Source: Candidatus Pacearchaeota archaeon (GTDB lineage: Archaea; Nanobdellota; Nanobdellia; Pacearchaeales; UBA284). Taken from it: a DNA stretch of 64,000 nucleotides. Where the stretch lies: contig JAWAPZ010000002.1 of the NCBI GenBank assembly GCA_038894195.1, positions 20,401 through 84,400 on the forward strand. Reading direction: 5' to 3'. Both the position numbers and the translations under genes were made by a program. Below the pieces are notes generated by a model that was not told the origin of the DNA, did no database searches, and worked only from the letters and a program-made list of their open reading frames with translations. Positions 1-7,418 of the stretch are shown in pieces; the first letter of the stretch is position 1, and each line of letters starts with the position of its first letter.

Positions 1-240
1 GAATCAACATGTTCAATAGATTTTAGTTTATCCTCAAGAAAAGATTGCTCAAGATTTTCAGGCCATGCAATTGTCAATATCAATGCTTTCAAGCCAAAAG
101 CGATTTCTTCTGTTTCAGTGCTGTGGAGTTTGGCATTTGGGAACTGTTCTATAATTTTTTTTATTTTTTTTTCAATTTCTTGTAAATCAACGTCGGGCGA
201 ATCAGGCAAGATTTTAATTTTCAAAGCAGCAATTACCATT
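1..240 (-). CDS. ef1b: translation elongation factor aEF-1 beta (C-terminal end cut by window edge)
   Basis: Hand translation of the minus strand from the ATG (revcomp of 238-240) gives MVIAALKIKILPDSPDVDLQEIEKKIKKIIEQFPNAKLHSTETEEIAFGLKALILTIAWPENLEQSFLEDKLKSIEHVDS. This fits the aEF-1beta pattern (KIxxxPxSPDVDL ... IAFGLKAL). It is absent from the ORF track because it runs off the window. Confidence 0.75.
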
Positions 241-347
241 TTTTAAGTTCAAGAAGCTCATCCAAAAGTTTAGGAATTATTGCTTTCGAAGTTAAATGCT
301 TGTATAGTTGAGGATAAAATGTGAGATCAATCCAAGTTTCTTTCATT

Positions 348-494
348 TTAAGGCCCTTCAAAACCACACCCACATACATATTTAACAGATAACTTCCTAC
401 ATTTACCGCACCTTGCTATGGTTTTTTTGCAGGCAGGACACTTAAAAATAACACTCTCCTCTTCAAGCCCACTACCACAAGTATTGCATTCCAT
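348..494 (-). CDS. small Zn-ribbon RNA-binding protein (COG2888/DUF1610-like), 48 aa
   Basis: Hand translation gives MECNTCGSGLEEESVIFKCPACKKTIARCGKCRKLSVKYVCGCGFEGP*. It has four CxxC-type pairs and a terminal CGFxGP. It lies between aIF2-alpha and aEF-1beta, which is the usual archaeal neighbourhood. It is below the 60-aa ORF-track cutoff. Confidence 0.75.
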   Translation of the reverse strand: MECNTCGSGLEEESVIFKCPACKKTIARCGKCRKLSVKYVCGCGFEGP

Positions 495-501
495 TTTCAA
501 A

Positions 502-1248
502 TTATTTTGCACTTTTTAAAACACTAAACTCGCAAGATTCTTCTTTAGCCTTATCACCTATTTCTTTTAAAAATGTTTCGATTTTTTTATTTGCATCTTT
601 ATAATCTGAAGACTCTACAGTTATGCTATAATGCGGTGCTCCTGAATAATTAATCCTGGCTTCTCTCAGATTTAAAACTCTTCTGATTCTTTCTATCCCA
701 TCCGGCTCCATACACTTTAAAATAAATTCAGTTCTTACTTGAACTTTTTTTGTTTTTATTTTTTCTTTAACTTTTTTAATAAACTCTTGTGCCTCTTTTT
801 CATTCAGACCAGCCTGTTTAAGTACGCTTAGGGCATTGTTTTCTCTTTTTAACATCTCATCAAAAAAAGCGGATATCCCTATTCCTTTTATGCTCGCCAT
901 TACTTTCTCTATCCTTCCCTTATCCCCTATAATCAAATCAAGTAAAAATCGCATTTCTCTTTCCTTCTTTTCAGATTCTAGGGCTTGTTTTTTTTCCTTA
1001 CTAGAAACCCTTCTTAAAGAGAGGTCTATATGTTTCTTCTCTTTGTCTACTCTCAAAACTTTTACTGCAATTTTTTGACCTGGGTTGACATAATCTCTGA
1101 CATTTCTTATCCTCCCAGGAGCAATCTCAGAAAAAATTATGACTCCTTCGTAAGGATAATCTAAAAGTTTTACAAAAACACTGGTTGTTACTATCCTGTC
1201 TACTACTCCCAATACAACCTCATTAACTTCTGGAAATTCTTTCTTCAT
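502..1248 (-). CDS. eif2a: translation initiation factor aIF2 alpha subunit
   Basis: N-terminal S1/OB domain (PEVNEVVLGVVDRIVTTSVFVKLLDYPYEGVIIFSEIAPGRIRNVRDYV). The length of 248 aa and the neighbouring S27e gene fit. Confidence 0.9.
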   Translation of the reverse strand: MKKEFPEVNEVVLGVVDRIVTTSVFVKLLDYPYEGVIIFSEIAPGRIRNVRDYVNPGQKIAVKVLRVDKEKKHIDLSLRRVSSKEKKQALESEKKEREMRFLLDLIIGDKGRIEKVMASIKGIGISAFFDEMLKRENNALSVLKQAGLNEKEAQEFIKKVKEKIKTKKVQVRTEFILKCMEPDGIERIRRVLNLREARINYSGAPHYSITVESSDYKDANKKIETFLKEIGDKAKEESCEFSVLKSAK

Positions 1249-1281
1249 TTTTATTTTGTTATATTTTAAAAGTATGTTTAA

Positions 1282-1470
1282 TCATTTTAAAACCTCTAAA
1301 ACCCTTGCCCTTATCTTGGCCTTGCCACCCGTAGGTTTAGTTAACTGTGTTTTACATTTCAAACATTTTACAATAGTTGTAGCTTTACCAAATATTATTT
1401 GTTCTCCATCACACTTCGGACATCTAACACGGACAAATTTACTTTTGGTTATCCTTATATCTTTCTGCAT
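1282..1470 (-). CDS. rps27e: ribosomal protein S27e (eS27)
   Basis: 62 aa with a C4 zinc ribbon (RCPKCDGEQ...VKCLKCKT) and a typical eS27 sequence. Confidence 0.9.
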   Translation of the reverse strand: MQKDIRITKSKFVRVRCPKCDGEQIIFGKATTIVKCLKCKTQLTKPTGGKAKIRARVLEVLK

Positions 1471-1598
1471 TTTAAAATTTTAAACTCGTGGTTTAATAAA
1501 GGATACACTTTATATTATCTTAAACTTAAAAAGGAGCTACTTTTAAATCTTTTCACAAATTATTTTGAGGATATGCTTAAAGACAAATAACAAACAAC

Positions 1599-1616
1599 AA
1601 AGGTTTTTTAAATTTT
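1599..1616 (+). promoter_or_regulatory. BRE/TATA-like promoter for the 1634 gene (leaderless geometry)
   Basis: The sequence is aaaggttttttaaatttt. The TATA centre is about 26 nt upstream of the ATG at 1634, the same geometry seen at 37026 and 50639. Confidence 0.5.
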
Positions 1617-1633
1617 AATTAATTGATAATATA

Positions 1634-4591
1634 ATGAAAAAAGGGATGATTTTGGTGGTGATTCTAATAACTTGCATATCTATTTTATCTATGGGGGTCT
1701 CTGGAAAGGGAAGAGCATCTCAAAACATTTTATTGAGATTATATCCTATAATTAGTTATGTTATATTAAAGGAACCACCAGGATCTTTTGTAGACCAAAT
1801 GGAAATCCGTGGCTTGCAAGTTTCCCAATCTGTGAATGACACAACAATAAGCTGGTTCACGGTTTCTCCAACAAATTACAGTTTTTACTATGGAACGTCA
1901 AGTAATAATCTAAATATGACAAAACAGAGTACCGACTTTAAAGAATACCACGAGGTCGTTCTCACAGATTTAATTGAAAATCAAGTATATTATTATAGAA
2001 TTTTTTACTGCAATCAAACTGGTGATTGCAGGATATCTCCAGTATATAATTTTTTGAGGTACGAAATTTTTTCAGGTCCTGGATGCATAATAAACCAAAC
2101 AAAAGTTCTGGAAAGGAAGAATCTTCTTATTGCATGTGACATTATCATAGAAAATGGTTCACTTATAATAAACAACTCAAACCTTTTCTTTGACTTAGAA
2201 AATTCAAAAATTTTGGTGCATCCTGGCAACTCTTTATCCTTTTATTCTTCATATCTTTACGCGAACAGATTGCCAAATCAAAAAATAGAGCTAGAGAATT
2301 TAGGAAATATTGTGATGAACAAAGTAAATTCAATAAATTTGCTTTACAATTTCAAAGAAAATTCCACAAATTTTATAAATAGCTCATCTTTCACAAGCAG
2401 TGATACAATTAATTTCAGAGATTCTTCCACAAACATAATAGAAAACTCTCGCCCCCATAAAATAAATCTTTATGATTCTTCAAAAATAACCTTAGTTAGC
2501 TCTTATATAACTGAAACCTATATACACTCAACAAAAGGTCTTACACTTTCTGAAATTAATGGTACAATGATGACGCGAGCTTTTCTTTCAGATGATTTTA
2601 TGATAAACCTTATAAACTCTAGTCTTGGGAAAATTTTTTTTATTGCCTATGATGGAACAGAAAATAATATCCGGAGTTCAGTTTTATACGGTTTCGTTGC
2701 AAAAAAAGATTCAAAAAATAAAATTATTAACTCATCTCTCTACAATGGAAACAATAGTATAGTATTTGAAAAAAGCGATACAGAAGTAACACAAACCAAT
2801 TGCTATTTAACAAATGTTAATTTTTCAACCACACTAATGGAAGCTAAAATCACTTATAATAAACCTGGCTCTGCCTCATGCAACCTTTACGCATCCGGTG
2901 GAAAAAATGAAATAAAAGGACATGCCTACATTCCTCGTGTGTTTTTTGAAAACGGAGCATCTATAGAACGTTTCTACCCTATAAAAGTGCAATCAAATGG
3001 AATTCCTCTTGAGAATGTTACTGTCATGATTAAAAAAGGCAATGAAATAATTAGCTCTGGAACAACAAACTCAGAAGGGGAGGTTAATCTAAGTATAAAC
3101 TTTACAAGCTCTTCTTCCTTTGACGAGTTTTGGATTGTGATTAAAAATAGAAAATATCAAAAAATAACTCTACTTACAGATACGAGAAACGGAATTATTA
3201 TTGATAAAAATGATCTTCCAGACGTAACACTCGTAAGCCCTGCGAATGGTTTCTCTACAAAAATTTATACAATAAATTTTTCATGCAATGCAAGTGATGA
3301 TACTGGACTTAAAAGCTTATATTTGTACATAAACGATACTGGCTGGCGCGTTTTAAGAAGCATTTCTTGTTCTGGAAATTACTGTACACTAAATCATACT
3401 ACAACTTTTCCAATAGGGACTTATAAATGGAACTGTCTGGCATACGATATCAAAAACTTAGCAGCTGCTGCAGAAGAAAATTCCACATTTTCGATACTGA
3501 ATGATCCACCCAACGTAACTTTAAACTCTCCACCACATGGATGCTCAACAAACGATACAAGCATAACATTCAATTGTTCAGCATTTGATGATAAAAAAAT
3601 TATTTCGCTCTCTTTACACACAGATACTTCTGGTGCATGGAGACAAGAAAAAGTCATTTCTTGCAACGCGACACAATGCACTTTAACACATACAATAGAA
3701 AACATTTCAGAAGGTCAATACAACTGGAACTGCCTAGCTACTGACAACGATTATTCAAGTTCATGGAACCCCTTTCATTACAAATTTAAAATAGGGCAAG
3801 AAAAAAACCTTACAATAAACCTAGTTCCACCAACCCCAGAAAATGGATCACAAATAACAAATCCATGGGTTCTTGTTAAAGCAAATACAAGTGAGACAAT
3901 AGAAACTTGCGAATTAGAATGGGATCACGTAATAAAATACAATATGGAAAAAGAGGAAATGAATGAAACATCTATCTGTTACAAAAATGTTACCAATTTA
4001 GTAAACAAGACTTACGAATTTTTAGTGCACGCAACATCTTTAGGAAATTCAGCTTCATCTGAAAAAAGAATCGTCACTATTGTTTTAGAAGAAGAGAACG
4101 AAAGCGGCAATGATGGTAAGAGCGATAGAGGTAGTAAAGAAAAAGAAGAGCAACAAGAAAATCAAACAACAACAAAACAAACCGGATGTCTAGTAGGAAG
4201 CAAAAGGTGCTTAGGTAACTTGTTACAAGAATGTCAGACTGGATTATGGCAAGCAATACAAGAATGCGCTTATGGTTGTAATTCAGAAACTTTAGAATGT
4301 AAAAAAGAATCAGAAATCTCAAGATGCTCTAGTAAAGGGATAGAAAAGTATATTTCAGGAGAATGGGTCCTTATTCAAGAATGCGCTTATGGTTGTGATC
4401 CATTAACCATAAAATGTATAGTTCCTAAACAAGAAGAGACAAAAATAAAAATAAATTTCAGTAAAATCTTAGACCCTGGATGGTTGGTGCTCATAGGCTT
4501 GGTGGTTCTAGTAATAATTTTGATAGCAATTTCCAAAAGTAAAACAAAAAGAAGAAAACTAGCAATGCGAAAAGTAACCTTTAGACCCTAA
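1634..4591 (+). CDS. large sequon-rich surface (S-layer/adhesin-like) glycoprotein with a C-terminal PGF-CTERM-like anchor
   Basis: 985 aa. The N-terminal signal is MKKGMILVVILITCISILSMGVSG and there are dozens of N-x-S/T sequons. An FN3-like segment is present (NDTTISWFTVSPTNYSFYYG...YYYRI), followed by two tandem Ig-like repeats and a duplicated QECAYGC Cys motif. The C-terminus reads DPGW-LVLIGLVVLVIILIAI-SKSKTKRRK. Confidence 0.75.
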   Translation: MKKGMILVVILITCISILSMGVSGKGRASQNILLRLYPIISYVILKEPPGSFVDQMEIRGLQVSQSVNDTTISWFTVSPTNYSFYYGTSSNNLNMTKQSTDFKEYHEVVLTDLIENQVYYYRIFYCNQTGDCRISPVYNFLRYEIFSGPGCIINQTKVLERKNLLIACDIIIENGSLIINNSNLFFDLENSKILVHPGNSLSFYSSYLYANRLPNQKIELENLGNIVMNKVNSINLLYNFKENSTNFINSSSFTSSDTINFRDSSTNIIENSRPHKINLYDSSKITLVSSYITETYIHSTKGLTLSEINGTMMTRAFLSDDFMINLINSSLGKIFFIAYDGTENNIRSSVLYGFVAKKDSKNKIINSSLYNGNNSIVFEKSDTEVTQTNCYLTNVNFSTTLMEAKITYNKPGSASCNLYASGGKNEIKGHAYIPRVFFENGASIERFYPIKVQSNGIPLENVTVMIKKGNEIISSGTTNSEGEVNLSINFTSSSSFDEFWIVIKNRKYQKITLLTDTRNGIIIDKNDLPDVTLVSPANGFSTKIYTINFSCNASDDTGLKSLYLYINDTGWRVLRSISCSGNYCTLNHTTTFPIGTYKWNCLAYDIKNLAAAAEENSTFSILNDPPNVTLNSPPHGCSTNDTSITFNCSAFDDKKIISLSLHTDTSGAWRQEKVISCNATQCTLTHTIENISEGQYNWNCLATDNDYSSSWNPFHYKFKIGQEKNLTINLVPPTPENGSQITNPWVLVKANTSETIETCELEWDHVIKYNMEKEEMNETSICYKNVTNLVNKTYEFLVHATSLGNSASSEKRIVTIVLEEENESGNDGKSDRGSKEKEEQQENQTTTKQTGCLVGSKRCLGNLLQECQTGLWQAIQECAYGCNSETLECKKESEISRCSSKGIEKYISGEWVLIQECAYGCDPLTIKCIVPKQEETKIKINFSKILDPGWLVLIGLVVLVIILIAISKSKTKRRKLAMRKVTFRP
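3218..3796 (+). repeat. two tandem ~96-aa Ig-like repeats inside the surface protein
   Basis: Repeat 1 is PDVTLVSPANGFSTKIYTINFSCNASDDTGLKSLYLYINDTGW...CSGNYCTLNHTTTFPIGTYKWNCLAYD. Repeat 2 is PNVTLNSPPHGCSTNDTSITFNCSAFDDKKIISLSLHTDTSGAW...CNATQCTLTHTIENISEGQYNWNCLATD. The Cys and Trp positions are conserved between the two. Confidence 0.7.
4259..4396 (+). repeat. duplicated Cys-rich stalk motif (identical 21-nt core at 4259-4279 and 4376-4396)
   Basis: The 21-mer caagaatgcgcttatggttgt occurs twice, 117 nt (39 codons) apart, encoding QECAYGC in both copies. The contexts are LWQAIQECAYGCNSETLECK and EWVLIQECAYGCDPLTIKC. Confidence 0.8.
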
Positions 4592-5978
4592 TTTTAATCT
4601 CTTCTATTTGTAAAGATTTTTCAAGCAAATCAACAAATTCTTCTTGCTTGTTTTTAGGTATAAGAGCCCCGGCAGCATTGACGTGCCCTCCCGATTCTCC
4701 TCCAACAACTTTTACGATGCTGTTTAATAAACTGCACAAATTTGTTCCATTCTTATTTTTTCCAGCAATTCTTGCAGAAACCTTTATCTTGTCTCCCCTA
4801 TCAGCCATGCCAACGAGAATTGTACCATCGGGGTAGACAGAAGAATAAGCAAGCACGCTCATAACAGTCCCTATGATGGTATCTTTTATATTTTCGCCAG
4901 CATTAACTATCATATAACCCTGCCCAACCCTCTTTTTTGCAGAAGAAATAAAATTTAAGGCATTAACTAAATGGTGTTTGTATTCACTGTATATCATATC
5001 AATTTTTTCACGGGCAGTTTCTGAATTGAGCAAAAAAGCCAAAGCTAAACTTGCATTGCCAAGCCTACCGCAAGCATTAACCATTGCACTCAATTCTCTT
5101 GCATCATACAATCTCCCAAAAAGTTTTAGTAGATAAATATTACCTATAATTTCTCTTTCTTCATGATCAAGTCTCCTAAGCATTATACCGGTAATCAATC
5201 TTGAAGTCTCCTCTCGAGATAAATCAAGCAATGTTCTATAACTTTTTTTGCTTTTATCCTTTATTTCTATTCCTAACTCTCTCAAAAAATTTAATGCTCC
5301 ATTAGATGACCCTGTGACTCCTGGGATAAACACGCTTGATCCCAATTCAAGTGCCTTATGTAATGCCCGAGTTGTAGAAAAGATTGTTAGTCCTTTCTTA
5401 ACCTGCATCCCATTTTTTTTAGCATCTTCAATAACTAAACTGTTAGTCCTGCTTATTGTTTTTTCAAGTATGTCCCCAATCATACCGAGAACAGCAAATT
5501 GTGCAAGTTCTTCGTTACTAGAATCAAGTTCTTTAACAAACCGATAAACAAGGGTTGAAGCACTTACATTTTCCTCTCCATTGTTTGCTAGGGGATTGAC
5601 AAAAAGAAAATTGGTGTGTTGCAAATTTTCGATAGCCCCCCCAATGACAAGCCTTTCGGCAAGCCCATGATGATCTAAAATTATTATTTTAACGTGCTCT
5701 GCAAATTTAGCAAGCTCTGCTAATTTATTTGAACCTAGATCAAGAAAAAAAATGGCTTTCCATTTCTTTTTTCTTGCTTCTTCATACAATTGTTTTATAT
5801 AAGCATCCTCCAATTGCTTCACGCTAGCAACCCAAAACTGTTGATCCAGCTTCTTTAGAGCATGAATAAGAATAGCTGCAGACGTCAAACCATCAGTATC
5901 GATATGTGTTACAACACGTATTATTCCATTCAGATTCAGTACATCCTTAAATCGTAAAACTGCCTCTTTTATTTCCAT
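4581..5978 (-). CDS. DHH-family phosphoesterase, archaeal RecJ/GAN (Cdc45-like) nuclease
   Basis: Motifs HIDTDGLTSAAIL, IIILDHHG (DHH) and GGESGGHVNAAGA (DHHA1). The length of 465 aa matches archaeal RecJ/GAN. Confidence 0.8.
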   Translation of the reverse strand: MEIKEAVLRFKDVLNLNGIIRVVTHIDTDGLTSAAILIHALKKLDQQFWVASVKQLEDAYIKQLYEEARKKKWKAIFFLDLGSNKLAELAKFAEHVKIIILDHHGLAERLVIGGAIENLQHTNFLFVNPLANNGEENVSASTLVYRFVKELDSSNEELAQFAVLGMIGDILEKTISRTNSLVIEDAKKNGMQVKKGLTIFSTTRALHKALELGSSVFIPGVTGSSNGALNFLRELGIEIKDKSKKSYRTLLDLSREETSRLITGIMLRRLDHEEREIIGNIYLLKLFGRLYDARELSAMVNACGRLGNASLALAFLLNSETAREKIDMIYSEYKHHLVNALNFISSAKKRVGQGYMIVNAGENIKDTIIGTVMSVLAYSSVYPDGTILVGMADRGDKIKVSARIAGKNKNGTNLCSLLNSIVKVVGGESGGHVNAAGALIPKNKQEEFVDLLEKSLQIEEIKIRV

Positions 5979-6058
5979 CTTAAATCCTAATTCTAAAACC
6001 TTATTTCCTTCACCTTTCTACGTAATAAGAGCTTGCTTATGATTACATTCACAAAGAT

Positions 6059-6454
6059 TTATTTATACTTATTATAGTACTTTTCCAATCTTTTTAATTT
6101 AGACTGCAAAAGTTGCAAGCCCCTTTTTGCAGTCATATCTTGTCTGTTTTTATCTAAATGTTTTTTTAATTTTTTTTCTTTTTCGAGTAAAGCATTCACA
6201 TCTTCCTTTTCAACCTTAATTCCATGTTCACTTAATATTTTTTTTATTTTTTTTCCAGTTATTGCTTTAACATTGGGAATTCCATAACTATCCCTCAAAA
6301 CAAGACCTATTTTCGAATGAGTCATACCTTGCCTTGCGAGTGCAACGATAAGATTCTCAAGCTCTTCTGGTTTCATAGTTATCCAGTAAGGCTTCTCTTG
6401 TTTTGGTGGATGACTTCCTGCCTTACCCCTACCATGTCCATACAAGGTCGCCAT
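6059..6454 (-). CDS. rps15: ribosomal protein S15 (uS15/S13e)
   Basis: MATLYGHGRGKAGSHPP...LARQGMTHSKIGLVLRDSYGIPNVK...RLEKYY is a typical archaeal uS15. Confidence 0.9.
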   Translation of the reverse strand: MATLYGHGRGKAGSHPPKQEKPYWITMKPEELENLIVALARQGMTHSKIGLVLRDSYGIPNVKAITGKKIKKILSEHGIKVEKEDVNALLEKEKKLKKHLDKNRQDMTAKRGLQLLQSKLKRLEKYYNKYK

Positions 6455-6512
6455 TTTTAATTAGTAGGATAAAATTTATTTCCTATATTTAAAGGTTTCG
6501 TGAAGAAAAAAT

Positions 6513-6633
6513 AGCCCTGGGCGGATTCGAACCGCCGTCTCAGGCTTTCTTCTGATTATCATAGGATTCATAAAAACCACCCGGGTTTTTATCATCCAAA
6601 GGCCTAAATGCTTGACCGCTGCACCACAGGGCT
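6513..6633 (-). tRNA. tRNA-Gln(UUG) with a 49-nt canonical (37/38) intron
   Basis: Hand-folded cloverleaf: AGCCCTG/CAGGGCT acceptor (A1:U72 as in archaeal tRNA-Gln), D arm GTGC..GCAT, anticodon stem TAGGC/GCCTG, loop CTTTGG|intron|A, T arm GGCGG TTCGAAT CCGCC. No CCA is encoded. Confidence 0.85.
6547..6595 (-). other. tRNA-Gln intron (BHB)
   Basis: The central helix pairs CTTT (32-35) with the intron 3' GAAG. The bulges are GG|A and AA|A. The inner helix is TGAT/ATCA, and there is an additional AAAAACC/GGTTTTT hairpin. Confidence 0.75.
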
Positions 6634-6652
6634 TCATAATTACTAATTTAAT

Positions 6653-6667
6653 AACCTTTAAAAAACC
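6653..6667. promoter_or_regulatory. single central TATA-like element shared by the divergent tRNA-Gln and tRNA-Thr genes
   Basis: The sequence aacctttaaaaaacc has its centre near 6661, which is 26-28 nt from both tRNA 5' ends (6633 and 6688). Confidence 0.5.
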
Positions 6668-6718
6668 TTTTTCTTTATTCTTTTTAAGCCTCTGTAGCTC
6701 AGTTGGTTAGAGCGGCTG

Positions 6719-6738
6719 ATCATTTATTTTGAGCCGAA
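6719..6738 (+). other. tRNA-Thr intron 1, non-canonical position 30/31 (20 nt, strict hBHBh')
   Basis: Outer helix GAG/CTT, central helix CGGC/GCCG, bulges TG|A and AA|C, inner helix TCA/TGA with loop TTTATTT. Confidence 0.75.
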
Positions 6739-6745
6739 CCTTGTA

Positions 6746-6757
6746 ACTAAGCAAGTG
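6746..6757 (+). other. tRNA-Thr intron 2, canonical 37/38 (12 nt; the boundary is ambiguous by 1 nt because A flanks both sides)
   Basis: The central helix pairs CTTG (32-35) with the intron CAAG. The bulges are TA|A and TG|A, and the 5-nt inner loop is CTAAG. Confidence 0.75.
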
Positions 6758-6831
6758 AGCAGTAGGTCGGGAGTTCGAATCTCCCCAGAGGCTTTCAAAA
6801 AATTTATAAAGCAAAATTCGTTTTCTTTTTT

Positions 6832-7416
6832 ATGGCTGAAGGGAAAAAATATAGTGCGGTAGTAATAATTTTCTCCCTAACAAGTATACTTTTAGTGAAT
6901 GGATGCTCGCTAAATAATACACCAACAAATTTTGGCCCAGATACTACAACATTCAAAAATATCCTCTCTGAATTTTTTTCTTTTTTAGATTCTTTCGAAG
7001 AAACAAACAAAGCAAGCCAACTGTACAGTAATAGCATTGCTGAACCAGAAATTAAAAAACCTGCACAAATGATAGAACTAACACCGCAAAGAATTCAGAA
7101 TATCCTTCAAAGATCCGAATGGTTCAAGCAACTTCCTAAAGATACTGAAGCTATTCTTTCATTTTACGATGAAAATAAAGTCATGCGTCCAGAAAAATTC
7201 TTTGTGTCTGCAGGGGGCATAGTAAGGTGGTACAATGGAGAAAAAGCAGACCTTGAATTAACGGTTGGTGATTATAACGTTCCATTAGCAGAAAAAACAA
7301 GTGATATCTGTACATTATTAACAAGAATTGCAAAATCCAAAGATTATGACATAACCATCTATAATTTATTCGGAATATTTAAATACAAATATCTACAAGG
7401 TTGTGTGACAATATAA
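6832..7416 (+). CDS. secreted/lipoprotein-like hypothetical protein
   Basis: The N-terminus is MAEGKKYSAVVIIFSLTSILLVNGCSLNN (signal peptide plus a lipobox-like VNGC). A TATA-like aaaaatttataaagc lies about 25 nt upstream. Confidence 0.6.
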   Translation: MAEGKKYSAVVIIFSLTSILLVNGCSLNNTPTNFGPDTTTFKNILSEFFSFLDSFEETNKASQLYSNSIAEPEIKKPAQMIELTPQRIQNILQRSEWFKQLPKDTEAILSFYDENKVMRPEKFFVSAGGIVRWYNGEKADLELTVGDYNVPLAEKTSDICTLLTRIAKSKDYDITIYNLFGIFKYKYLQGCVTI

Positions 7417-7418
7417 AA

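Larger units (their letters stand above)
6688..6793 (+). tRNA. tRNA-Thr(UGU) with two introns (30/31 and 37/38)
   Basis: Acceptor GCCTCTG/CAGAGGC, D arm GCTC AGTTGGTTA GAGC, T arm GGGAG TTCGAAT CTCCC. No single-intron solution places U33. Removing 6719-6738 and 6746-6757 gives the anticodon arm GCTGC CTTGTAA GCAGT. Confidence 0.8.

Noticed and set aside
215-346. A 43-codon minus-strand ORF (MKETWIDLTFYPQLYKHLTSKAIIPKLLDELLELKNGNCCFEN*) lies between the Zn-ribbon gene and aEF-1beta.
   Set aside because: I recognise no motif, and it overlaps the aEF-1beta start by 26 nt. Its TAAAATG junction with the Zn-ribbon stop is suggestive, but a 43-codon open frame cannot be supported as a gene from sequence alone.
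6547-6595. A possible box C/D sRNA inside the tRNA-Gln intron, suggested by ATGATAA at both ends.
   Set aside because: AUGAUAA deviates from RUGAUGA, no CUGA D box is present (only UCAGA), and 49 nt is too short for a C/D-C'/D' unit.
6688-6793. An alternative reading of the intron-containing tRNA as tRNA-Met/Ile2(CAU), using the CAT at 6721-6723 with a single intron.
   Set aside because: It requires dropping nucleotide 26 and tolerating a G27:A43 or A31:G39 mismatch with U or A/G at positions 37-38. No single excision restores U33 with standard numbering. The two-intron Thr(UGU) model gives a perfect stem and two independent BHB motifs.
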